Assembly: GCA_963830915.1 (NCBI GenBank)
Contig: CAWHOE010000035.1
Coordinates: 32,001 to 96,000 of the forward strand
Direction of reading: 5' to 3'
DNA from: a candidate division FCPU426 bacterium
Lineage (GTDB): Bacteria > Oederibacteriota > Muellerivitia > Muellerivitales > Muellerivitaceae
DNA length: 64,000 nt
Positions 49,821 through 58,152 of the stretch are shown piece by piece. The translations under genes were made by a program, and so were the position numbers. The notes beneath the pieces are model-generated. The model had not been told where the DNA came from and did not search any database. It saw only the letters and a list, made by a program, of their open reading frames with translations. Each line of letters opens with the position of its first letter. The stretch's first letter is position 1.

Positions 49821-50714
49821 ATGAAGGACCATATTGTTCTTACCGGTCTAAAGATCAAGTGCATCATTGGGATCTTTGACTGGGAAAGGAAAACCAAACA
49901 AGACGTGGTGATCGATCTGAAATTCCCCTGTGATATCCGAAAAGCTGCCCTCAAGGACAACATCGTCGATACAAAGGATTACAAAAAAATAGCCAAAACA
50001 GCCATCGCATTTGTTGAAAAAAGCAGTTATCAATTAATAGAAACCCTGGCTGAAAAACTAGCCGACCTCTTGCTCCACCAATTCGGTTTAGCGGAAATTG
50101 AGCTAAGTGTCTCCAAACCAGGCGCTGTCCGAGGATCACAAAATGTCGGGATTCACATCCACCGTTCATTATCTGGATCGAATTTTGATGACCTTACATT
50201 CCTAAGTCTCGGGTCTAATATCCACCCCGAACTTCATTTATACCGTGCGTTAAATAGCATCGATGAGAAACATCCCATAAAAGGCCTATCCCACGTTTAT
50301 GAAACTTCACCCATAGGTTTCAAAAGGCAGCCTTTCTTTTGGAACTTGGTCGTGGTTTTTAATGGGCAAGGGGAGACTTTCGGTCAATTGATGAGTTGGA
50401 TTAATAGTTTGGAAAAAAAAGAGGGACGTATTCGCGCCAAGAACGCCCTTGGTCCAAGGACGCTGGACATTGATTTGATACTAAAGGGTCGCTTGGTAAA
50501 AAAACAGGGTAAACCCCAGGTACCTCATCCAGATATCGAGAAAAAGGCGTTCGTTCTCTTTCCCATCTTGGAGGTCTCACCTAATTTGATCCATCCCGTG
50601 AGTGGAAAAACCATGATTGAAATCGCGGCGGGATTTGACAATAAAGGCCAGAACATCAAAAAGCTTCCACATGACACTTTCCCAGGTTTTTATCCAAAGT
50701 CCTTGCTCAGATAA
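49821..50714 (+). CDS. dihydroneopterin aldolase / HPPK fusion (FolB-FolK)
   Basis: IGIFDWER..Q, DY, LIETLAE, KPGA; then LSLGSN, YETSP, GPRTLDIDLI, PHP; SD AAGGAG before ATG 49821. Confidence 0.93.
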   Translation: MKDHIVLTGLKIKCIIGIFDWERKTKQDVVIDLKFPCDIRKAALKDNIVDTKDYKKIAKTAIAFVEKSSYQLIETLAEKLADLLLHQFGLAEIELSVSKPGAVRGSQNVGIHIHRSLSGSNFDDLTFLSLGSNIHPELHLYRALNSIDEKHPIKGLSHVYETSPIGFKRQPFFWNLVVVFNGQGETFGQLMSWINSLEKKEGRIRAKNALGPRTLDIDLILKGRLVKKQGKPQVPHPDIEKKAFVLFPILEVSPNLIHPVSGKTMIEIAAGFDNKGQNIKKLPHDTFPGFYPKSLLR

Positions 50715-51450
50715 AACGACCCCCATCCACTCTCAATATTTGGCCGGTCATATAATGATCAGACGCTAAGAAAATAACCGTGTTCGCGATATCTTCCGGG
50801 CTTCCGGGCCTTTTCAACAAAGTCCTTTCCATAAGTTTCCTTTTTCGGGCTGGGCTGTAGGATGTTGGAAAGGAAATGATTCCAGGCGCGATGCCGTTGA
50901 CTCTAACTTTCGGGCTTAATTCCATGGCCATATATTTCGTAAACGAGATCAGAGCCGATTTGGAAACACAATAAGCGGAAAAGTTATTCAATATCGGGGA
51001 TTCACCATAGATGTCCACCATATTGATGATACAACCTTTTGTTTTTTTCAAATAATTGCCAGCCATTGAACAAAGAAAAGCTGGCGAGATCAGATTGACA
51101 TTAAGGGTTTCCGTCCAGTCTTTAATCAGAAAATCCTTTGAGAGGGTGGGCTTGAAAACAGATGCATTGTTCACGAGCAAGTCTAATCGTCCCCACTTTT
51201 CAACTGTCTTTTTAATCACTCCTGTTGACTGAACCGGCTTTCTTAAATCCGCACGGACACCAATAATTTCGTACCCTGAATTTTCCAGTTCTTTTATAAA
51301 ACCCTTCGTTCTTGACACCGACTGGTGGTATTGAAGAATGAGTCTCATTCCCCGAGCGGCCAATTTGAGGCTAATGGCTTTTCCAATTGGACTACTGCCA
51401 CCCGTGATAAGGGCCACTGGGGTTTTTTTATTTTTGATTTCATTACTCAT
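50707..51450 (-). CDS. pteridine reductase-like SDR (FolM/PTR1 type)
   Basis: ALITGG..IG, LVNNASVF, IINMVD, YCVSK, RVNGIAPG, TGQILRVDGG; beside folBK. Confidence 0.8.
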   Translation of the reverse strand: MSNEIKNKKTPVALITGGSSPIGKAISLKLAARGMRLILQYHQSVSRTKGFIKELENSGYEIIGVRADLRKPVQSTGVIKKTVEKWGRLDLLVNNASVFKPTLSKDFLIKDWTETLNVNLISPAFLCSMAGNYLKKTKGCIINMVDIYGESPILNNFSAYCVSKSALISFTKYMAMELSPKVRVNGIAPGIISFPTSYSPARKRKLMERTLLKRPGSPEDIANTVIFLASDHYMTGQILRVDGGRFI

Positions 51451-51489
51451 GTTTACATCCTATCAAGGGGTCATCGAAAACGATATTAC

Positions 51490-52284
51490 TTAGGTTCTGT
51501 TATTGAACAGAGTTTTGGACAATAACGGTAAGAACTTCCAATACCAAGACGTTAGTAGAACCGCCTTAGATCCAGGATGGGTTTCCAAATATAGTTTTTG
51601 GGCTGATTCCCAAACGATCGAACCAGGGCCATTGTTTTTTAGGTTTACTAGAAACTCCCTCAATAATATAGGTGGCCTTACTTCCTGCAAATCATCAATC
51701 GTCTCATTTTGCAAATCCATACTGGTCGCTAAAAGATCCAAGATCAATGTGAGGTTTCGAACGGCTGAATAGACCCTACTTTCTTTCAAGGAGCGTCCCA
51801 CATTCAATTTTAACCCCCGGGAAAGAATAAAACGACCCACTTGAGGAATTCTTACTTCGTAGCTGTGATCCAGGTATTTAACCTCCACTGAATTCGGGTT
51901 TTCCAAAACTAAGGAAACGTTTTTTCCCGGCAAGCAATACAAACCTGAACCCGATGGTTTTTGTTGGGGCCGTATCTGAGGTTTTATAAAATGGAGAAAA
52001 CCCAAATCTTCTCGGAAATAACTTGGGATGGGCAATTCATCATCAAAGATATTATGATTCTTTTTTTGGAACCCATGCTTTAAAAGGTGCAAATGCAAGC
52101 GCCGCGAGATTTTACTGCCCCCATCGATCCCAAAGAAAGGCTCTTTTGCCCAGGAATAAGCGAAGTTTTTGTTCAATAGGGAAAAATGATAAAGTTCCGC
52201 TGCTTTCTCTTCGATGAGAACCAGTGAGGATAGAAAATCTTTCAACCACGGAAGCCAGTGCGAGATCGAAGGTGAGGACCGCAA
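51490..52284 (-). CDS. hypothetical protein (possible degenerate nucleotidyltransferase fold)
   Basis: 264-aa ORF with SD GAGG; weak resemblance only. Confidence 0.55.
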   Translation of the reverse strand: MRSSPSISHWLPWLKDFLSSLVLIEEKAAELYHFSLLNKNFAYSWAKEPFFGIDGGSKISRRLHLHLLKHGFQKKNHNIFDDELPIPSYFREDLGFLHFIKPQIRPQQKPSGSGLYCLPGKNVSLVLENPNSVEVKYLDHSYEVRIPQVGRFILSRGLKLNVGRSLKESRVYSAVRNLTLILDLLATSMDLQNETIDDLQEVRPPILLREFLVNLKNNGPGSIVWESAQKLYLETHPGSKAVLLTSWYWKFLPLLSKTLFNNRT

Positions 52285-52318
52285 AGATTAACCTCGAATG
52301 ATCAGGCTTTGTTTCTTG

Positions 52319-52558
52319 TTATTTTGGAATGCCTTTGACTTGAAAACCCTCCCCAACGAGGATCTCCCCAACTCTTTCTCGAAAATCACCTTGGATTTCG
52401 ATAGTCGAGCTTTTCACGGTACCGCCGGACCCGCAGGATATTTTTATTTTCCGGGCTAAATCCCCCAAATAATCCGCATCATGGGTAAAACCATCCAATA
52501 TCGTGACGACCTTTCCACCACGTCCTTTTTTTTCAATCCTTAATTTTATGATTTCCAA
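52319..52558 (-). CDS. yciH: SUI1/YciH family translation factor
   Basis: [28 protein letters not shown]. Confidence 0.92.
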   Translation of the reverse strand: MEIIKLRIEKKGRGGKVVTILDGFTHDADYLGDLARKIKISCGSGGTVKSSTIEIQGDFRERVGEILVGEGFQVKGIPK

Positions 52559-52567
52559 TATTTTTCC

Positions 52568-52599
52568 AAAAAAAAGTCGCCCTATTCAGGGCGACTTTT
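52568..52599 (-). terminator. intrinsic terminator after the tRNA pair
   Basis: AAAAGTCGCCCT-attc-AGGGCGACTTTT with an A-run on the left. Confidence 0.88.
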
Positions 52600-52604
52600 G
52601 TCGT

Positions 52605-52681
<77 letters not shown>

Positions 52682-52722
52682 TCTATTTGGCGACTTGGTC
52701 GCCTTCAAAAAACTATGAAAAT

Positions 52723-52810
52723 TGGTGCCGAGACCCGGAATCGAACCGGGACGGGCTTTAGGCCCGAGGGATTTTAAGTCCCTTGCGTCTGCCAGTTCCG
52801 CCATCTCGGC
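52723..52810 (-). tRNA. tRNA-Leu (TAA)
   Basis: GCCGAGATGGCGGAACTGGCAGACGCAAGGGACT-TAA-AATCCCT, long variable arm, CCA. Confidence 0.97.
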
Positions 52811-52938
52811 TAAAAAGGCTGTAATTCCCAGATGTCGAAAACACCGCCTCACATTGAGCGATCGATCAATAACCAAGGGAAAGACAACTAAATCGCTGAA
52901 ATACAAACCCTGTCGCCGGATGGTTTCAAAGGAAAGGT

Positions 52939-52967
52939 AGGATAACGGTCAAACTGAAGGAAGTCAA
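52939..52967 (-). promoter_or_regulatory. sigma70-type promoter for tRNA-Leu/tRNA-fMet
   Basis: TTGACT-N17-TATCCT. Confidence 0.6.
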
Positions 52968-52989
52968 CACGCATCAATACTGGTCTAGT

Positions 52990-53277
52990 TCATCTTTCCT
53001 TGGTGCTGGAATTAAATTTATAAACTATTTCCCCAGGCCTAATAAGGTTCAAATCTTCTCGCGCCTGTTTTTCTAGATTAACGGTGCTTTTACCAAAAGT
53101 CTGATACTCATTTTGATAACGGCCTATTTCTACTTTTAATTGATCTATATCCCCTGTTAATACTTGTTTCTCCTGGTGTAATTGATACAAATGCCATAAA
53201 CCTCGGTTTCCGCCGATTAAAAGATAGGTAATGATACCGAAAGCTATTATCTGCCCCCATCTTTTAGATTGATTCAT
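52990..53277 (-). CDS. septum formation initiator FtsB/DivIC family
   Basis: TM, GNRG, coiled coil, LEKQAREDLNLIRPGEIVY; ATG 53277 overlaps the upstream stop. Confidence 0.88.
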   Translation of the reverse strand: MNQSKRWGQIIAFGIITYLLIGGNRGLWHLYQLHQEKQVLTGDIDQLKVEIGRYQNEYQTFGKSTVNLEKQAREDLNLIRPGEIVYKFNSSTKER

Positions 53278-54116
53278 TTTTTCTCCCAAGGCCTGATGAT
53301 TTCCCGCCACCCTCTTTTTCGCTCCTTAATCAATGATTCTATTATGGTTTGAACCGATTGATCCTTGAAAGTTATTTTATACTTTAATAGGTTCTTTTCA
53401 AGAAGTACGCACTGAATCGAAAAGAAAAATACCATCCCTATCAAAAACCACAGGAATAAAGCAAAGGTGAAGAAGAAAGCAGAAAAAGCAAACAACACCA
53501 AAACCCCTAATGAAGAAAAGCTGTTCCCAACAACTAGCAAGAAGGAACGATAAATGATTTTGAGAAATGGTGGATCTTGAAAAAACAAAATCGGCCACTG
53601 GTACAACGCGGATGACAACCAGAAAAGCAAAGCCCAAAGAATAAAACCGATCAAGGCGATATTAAGATAAGAATGTTGGCTTGGAAAATGATAATAAAAA
53701 AGGATGTTATAAATGCAGACCACTATGAACAAAAACGAAATTGCGGAGAGCCCAACTGCCTTGATGAAATATTTTTTCAACCCGCGGAATAAATCTCGGG
53801 ATTCCGCCTCTCCTTCTATGAAAACCCTGAATACCAGATAAGCCCAGCCGATCGATACGATCGACTCCGTTATAAAAACCACAAAAACACCAAGTACGTT
53901 TATGTTTTGGATGGTTCCAAAGAACCCGGCTCGTTTTGCCAGCCATCCAATAAAAAAACAAATCATGAACCAACAGAAATTGAAAAACACGAGGTGGAAA
54001 AGGTGGTCATAAAATCGCCAAAACCAAGACCGAAAAAGCATTGTCCAGGAAAAAAGAGTAAAGTCATCATCAGAAGAGATAGGATCGCCTGGTTTTAAAG
54101 CGGATGATTCTTTCAA
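53274..54116 (-). CDS. polytopic membrane protein (DUF624-like)
   Basis: About 6 hydrophobic segments; coupled to the ftsB-like gene. Confidence 0.65.
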   Translation of the reverse strand: MKESSALKPGDPISSDDDFTLFSWTMLFRSWFWRFYDHLFHLVFFNFCWFMICFFIGWLAKRAGFFGTIQNINVLGVFVVFITESIVSIGWAYLVFRVFIEGEAESRDLFRGLKKYFIKAVGLSAISFLFIVVCIYNILFYYHFPSQHSYLNIALIGFILWALLFWLSSALYQWPILFFQDPPFLKIIYRSFLLVVGNSFSSLGVLVLFAFSAFFFTFALFLWFLIGMVFFFSIQCVLLEKNLLKYKITFKDQSVQTIIESLIKERKRGWREIIRPWEKK

Positions 54117-54120
54117 AGAC

Positions 54121-54480
54121 TTAAGTTAATTCTTTTTCAAACTTCGGGATGGCTTTTTTCAATTCAAGACGTCCACGGCCCAAATTGCCATCGAGATTAA
54201 TTGCAAGCGTAACGAAATAGTTTTGACCAACCATCATCATGATCATGGTAGCTTTATCGGTTGTTATTAATATTTCACCAGTATTTCCCAAGCCAAAATT
54301 CGAGGACGCTCTCATGGCATTTTTGATAATGCTGGAATATTCTGCCCCAACTGCATTAATGTCAAAAGAAGCGTTATGGGATATCTGATCGATAACGATC
54401 CCATCCATTCCCACCAAACCTGCGCCAATAGCGCCTTCGACATTGGAAAGAGTTTCTTCAAGTATTTTTTTAAAATCCAT
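54121..54480 (-). CDS. roadblock/LC7 protein (MglC-like)
   Basis: VEGAIGAGLVGMDGIVI, GAEY, GNLGRGRLEL. Confidence 0.88.
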   Translation of the reverse strand: MDFKKILEETLSNVEGAIGAGLVGMDGIVIDQISHNASFDINAVGAEYSSIIKNAMRASSNFGLGNTGEILITTDKATMIMMMVGQNYFVTLAINLDGNLGRGRLELKKAIPKFEKELT

Positions 54481-54518
54481 TGTTATGAACCCTAGTAATT
54501 TTGCTATTCACTTTTTGA

Positions 54519-55811
54519 CTACAATATTTTTTCAACTTTTTTAGTTACAGAATCCAGTGTGAGTCTCAAAAGCCCAAGATTGATCCGGCTATTCGCTAAA
54601 ACAATTAATATATAATCCGTAAAGGTAACAAGTAAAATATGTCCATTATCTGCTGTAATTAATACTTGTTGCAGTTTCCCTTGTTGTAATTGATTAACCG
54701 ACCGTTCTGTACTCTCGAAAATAATAACAGCTTGTTTTCCTAGATCAGCATTATTGCCTGTTTCACCAATAGAAACAACGGTAATTCCTTCTCTATTAAC
54801 CAGGAAACACTTGATGATCCCATCCACTGATCCTAGTTCAGCTAAAATCCCTTTTAAGCCGTCTGTTTTTACTCCGTCCATCGAAGGCTTTTTTGCCTCT
54901 ATAGCTTTTACTTTCGTGTTGGCTTCGGGAACACTTTTCAGGACGGCCGGCGCTTTTTCATTCTCCTCGACTAAAACATCGTCTTTCCCGCCCCGACGCA
55001 TGACTTGGAGGATATCTTCGCTTGTGAATTTAGAGTCATCCTCCTTTTTTTTATTGCCTTTTTGAGAATCGAGTTTCGACTCTTCGATCAAAACATCTTC
55101 TTTATGGTCAGGGGGTTGAGTAAAATCATTCTTTTTTAACTTTGAAACCGTTGGCCCTACGGCTGATTCCTTTTGTTGCTTTTCAACTGCATCTGACAAT
55201 TTCTGTCGAAGCATCAAGTTTTGCGGATCATCTGCCAAAAGCTCTTGGAAAACCTCTATGGCTTTGTCGAAATGGCCCTGTTTTAAATACAGCTCTGCTA
55301 TCGTCAACGTAGCAGTACTTTCTTTAGTGGTTGTTTTTTCTTCTAAAGGATCCGTGGGTTTTGGGTTATTCTTTTTTAGGTTTTGTTGTTCCCCGGCGGC
55401 TTTTTCAATGGCTTGTTTTAAAGCGCTTTGAGCATCTTCATCATCTGGATTTAAGGTTAAGACTTTCTGGTATTCTTCAATGGCGACTTGAAATTCTTTC
55501 CGTTCCATATAAATTGTTCCCAAAAGACTGTGGGCGGCAATATTCTCCGGATCGATTTCTAATACTTTTTTTAGTTCCGTTAAAGCGTCTTCAACTCTTC
55601 CTTTAGCGTGGAGTATTTTTCCTAATACAACTTGAGCACTTGTATAGGTTGGATGTTTTAGCAATCCGTTTTGACATATCTTTAAAGCTTCTTCCAAATT
55701 ACCTTGTTTTCGAAATGCATCCGCAAGAGGTGCAAAAACCAAAGAATCTGGATTTTCCTCGTATTTTTTCTTAAGCTCATTAATTTCAGCTATAAACTGA
55801 TCCTTCGCCAT
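54519..55811 (-). CDS. TPR protein with C-terminal roadblock/LC7 domain
   Basis: PDSLVFAPLADAFRKQG and TPR repeats; TLTIAELYLKQGH; C-terminal VDGIIKCFLVNREG...INLGLLRL. Confidence 0.85.
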   Translation of the reverse strand: MAKDQFIAEINELKKKYEENPDSLVFAPLADAFRKQGNLEEALKICQNGLLKHPTYTSAQVVLGKILHAKGRVEDALTELKKVLEIDPENIAAHSLLGTIYMERKEFQVAIEEYQKVLTLNPDDEDAQSALKQAIEKAAGEQQNLKKNNPKPTDPLEEKTTTKESTATLTIAELYLKQGHFDKAIEVFQELLADDPQNLMLRQKLSDAVEKQQKESAVGPTVSKLKKNDFTQPPDHKEDVLIEESKLDSQKGNKKKEDDSKFTSEDILQVMRRGGKDDVLVEENEKAPAVLKSVPEANTKVKAIEAKKPSMDGVKTDGLKGILAELGSVDGIIKCFLVNREGITVVSIGETGNNADLGKQAVIIFESTERSVNQLQQGKLQQVLITADNGHILLVTFTDYILIVLANSRINLGLLRLTLDSVTKKVEKIL

Positions 55812-55891
55812 AGGCTAATTGGATCTCTCTTGCTTCAGCTTGAAGTTGATTTAAAGCTGAAAAAATAAAGGATTTTGGGACATTTTCTTGA

Positions 55892-55920
55892 ATCCTAACA
55901 AGGCCAATTTTTCTTGTCAA
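55892..55920 (-). promoter_or_regulatory. sigma70-type promoter for the TPR-roadblock operon
   Basis: TTGACA-N17-TAGGAT with TGn extension. Confidence 0.7.
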
Positions 55921-56311
55921 TATAAATTGGACTTTGCTGTTTCTAGCTTTTTATCAAGAAACATCTTACGTAGATAATATATTAATCAAAACGAGGTAGT
56001 ATCACTAATAAACTAGCCTTTTTGTTCATTCCCCACTACCGAATAACATGCAGTAATCAGAGTATGAATAGATCCAACACTTAGTTAATATCCGTTTCCC
56101 CAATCCCTTACATTCTTAAATACTCCTTAGTTGTTTAGATTAATATTTTATAGTGATCAGATTATCGAAATAATCAATAATTTTCTTTTTCTTCTAATAT
56201 CTTATCAAAGTTTATTTAAAAATTAACAGAAGCTGCTTCTTTACACCTAATAATTTCTTATGCCTAATTTTCAACAAAAATATTTTCCCGACAATCCTCT
56301 AATCTCACGTC

Positions 56312-56857
56312 TTACGAAATGGGCGTATCAAAGGGACGCGTATTTTTAAATAACTCTGCAATTTCTAAAGCTACCTCAGAAGGGGTTTTTTCATCGGTTT
56401 CTATGGTTGAATGGGATATAGAATAGATGGGATTTCTGGTTTCTAGAAGTGATTTGATTTTTGCCAAAGGGTCTCTAGTACTAGCCAATAAAGGCCGTTG
56501 GGATAAATTTGATTCAACTCTCTTCAAGGCTTGTTTAGCTGACACCTTAAGCCAAACACACCAACCACTGTTCAACAATATCATTCTATTACTATCATTT
56601 ATCCAGACACCGCCACCAGTAGAAATCACCAGATTCTTTTTCCTTTTTATAAACTCAATAGCCCCTTTTTCTTCTTCACGAAAATAAACTTCACCCATAG
56701 TAGCGAATATTTCTGAGATACTTTTACCGTTTTTAATCTCTATCCATTGATCCATATCAACAAATTCATAATTGAGGATTGTAGCTAACTCGCGTCCGGT
56801 AGATGATTTCCCAGAACCCATAAATCCTAACAAAATTATATTTGAATCGGTTCGCAC
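56312..56857 (-). CDS. aroK: shikimate kinase
   Basis: GFMGSGKS, GEVYFREEE, STGGG, RPLL. Confidence 0.96.
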   Translation of the reverse strand: MRTDSNIILLGFMGSGKSSTGRELATILNYEFVDMDQWIEIKNGKSISEIFATMGEVYFREEEKGAIEFIKRKKNLVISTGGGVWINDSNRMILLNSGWCVWLKVSAKQALKRVESNLSQRPLLASTRDPLAKIKSLLETRNPIYSISHSTIETDEKTPSEVALEIAELFKNTRPFDTPIS

Positions 56858-56864
56858 AAAAAGT

Positions 56865-58028
56865 CTAATATCCTTTGATGTGTTTTATATAAAGATTATA
56901 CCTCTTTAGAATTTCTTCCATAAAGTCTCCCCCTAATTTTTCTAACAAAGAATCTGTAACCACCCAAGAACAAATTGCCTCGCCAATAACGGAAGCCGCT
57001 GGTAATGCACATACGTCCGATCTTTCGTATGCAGCTTTAATTCTTTTCTTAGTACTTATATCGATTGACTTCAATGGTTTCCTAAGAGTGGAAATAGGTT
57101 TTTTAGCGACACGCACGATTACAGGTTCTCCATTTGTAACACCTCCTTCAATGCCTCCCGCTCGATTTGTATCATGATAATAACCCTTGGCTTTATTAAA
57201 ATTAATCTCGTCATGAACTTGCGAACCAAGTTTACCAGCATTTTCGAAACCATTTCCTATTTCCACACCTTTAATAGCTTGTAAACTCATTAAAGCTTGC
57301 GCCAATTTCCCATCAATTTTTCTATCCCACTGAACATGACTGCCTAAACCCGGTGGCACACCCGTAATTATTATCTCAAAAATCCCACCTACTGTATCAC
57401 CCACATCCTTAGCACGATCAATAACAGCAATTGCTTCGATCTCGGCTTTTTTGTCTAACATCCTCACAGGCGAATTGTCAACAATTTCATTCAATTTTGC
57501 GAGATTTAATTTTTTGTTTTTTGAAATGACTGGGCCTAATTTAATGACGTGACTTTGAACTTTAATATTAAAGTAACTTAACATTTTTTTCGCGACTGCG
57601 CCGGCTGCTACCCTAACCGTAGTTTCCCTTGCGCTTGCTCTTTCAAGAATGTTTCGTAAGTCACGTTGATTGTACTTGATCCCCCCGGGCAAGTCGGCAT
57701 GCCCTGGACGAGGCCTAGTTAGTGGATTCTTTGTTGATACAGAATCCATTTTTGAAGACATTATTTTTTCCCAATTCTTATAATCACTATTCTTAACAAG
57801 TAACGTAATAGGTGAGCCGAGTGTTGTTCCATGCCTTACTCCAGATAAAATCTCAACTTTATCCGCTTCGATAAGCATTCTTCCACCACGGCCATATCCT
57901 TTTTGTCTGCGTTTTAACTCGAAATCTATTTCCTCTGCATTTATTTCCAAATTAGCTGGAAATCCCTCGAGTATGACTATTAATGCCTTGCCGTGAGATT
58001 CTCCCGATGTGATGTATCTAATCGCCAT
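56865..58028 (-). CDS. aroC: chorismate synthase
   Basis: GESHG, RPGHAD, ERASARET, NRAGGIEGG, ERSDVC. Confidence 0.98.
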   Translation of the reverse strand: MAIRYITSGESHGKALIVILEGFPANLEINAEEIDFELKRRQKGYGRGGRMLIEADKVEILSGVRHGTTLGSPITLLVKNSDYKNWEKIMSSKMDSVSTKNPLTRPRPGHADLPGGIKYNQRDLRNILERASARETTVRVAAGAVAKKMLSYFNIKVQSHVIKLGPVISKNKKLNLAKLNEIVDNSPVRMLDKKAEIEAIAVIDRAKDVGDTVGGIFEIIITGVPPGLGSHVQWDRKIDGKLAQALMSLQAIKGVEIGNGFENAGKLGSQVHDEINFNKAKGYYHDTNRAGGIEGGVTNGEPVIVRVAKKPISTLRKPLKSIDISTKKRIKAAYERSDVCALPAASVIGEAICSWVVTDSLLEKLGGDFMEEILKRYNLYIKHIKGY

Positions 58029-58095
58029 GGTAAGCTCCAAAAAATGATTAAAACAATTCTATTATTTCAACAATAATCACTTAATTTATCTGTTT

Positions 58096-58127
58096 AAAAA
58101 AATAAGCGCCTTAAAAAGGCGCTTATT
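58096..58127 (-). terminator. intrinsic terminator after pilQ
   Basis: AATAAGCGCCTT-aaa-AAGGCGCTTATT with a T-run on the minus strand. Confidence 0.75.
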
Positions 58128-58152
58128 AATAACAATGTTAAACTTATATTTA

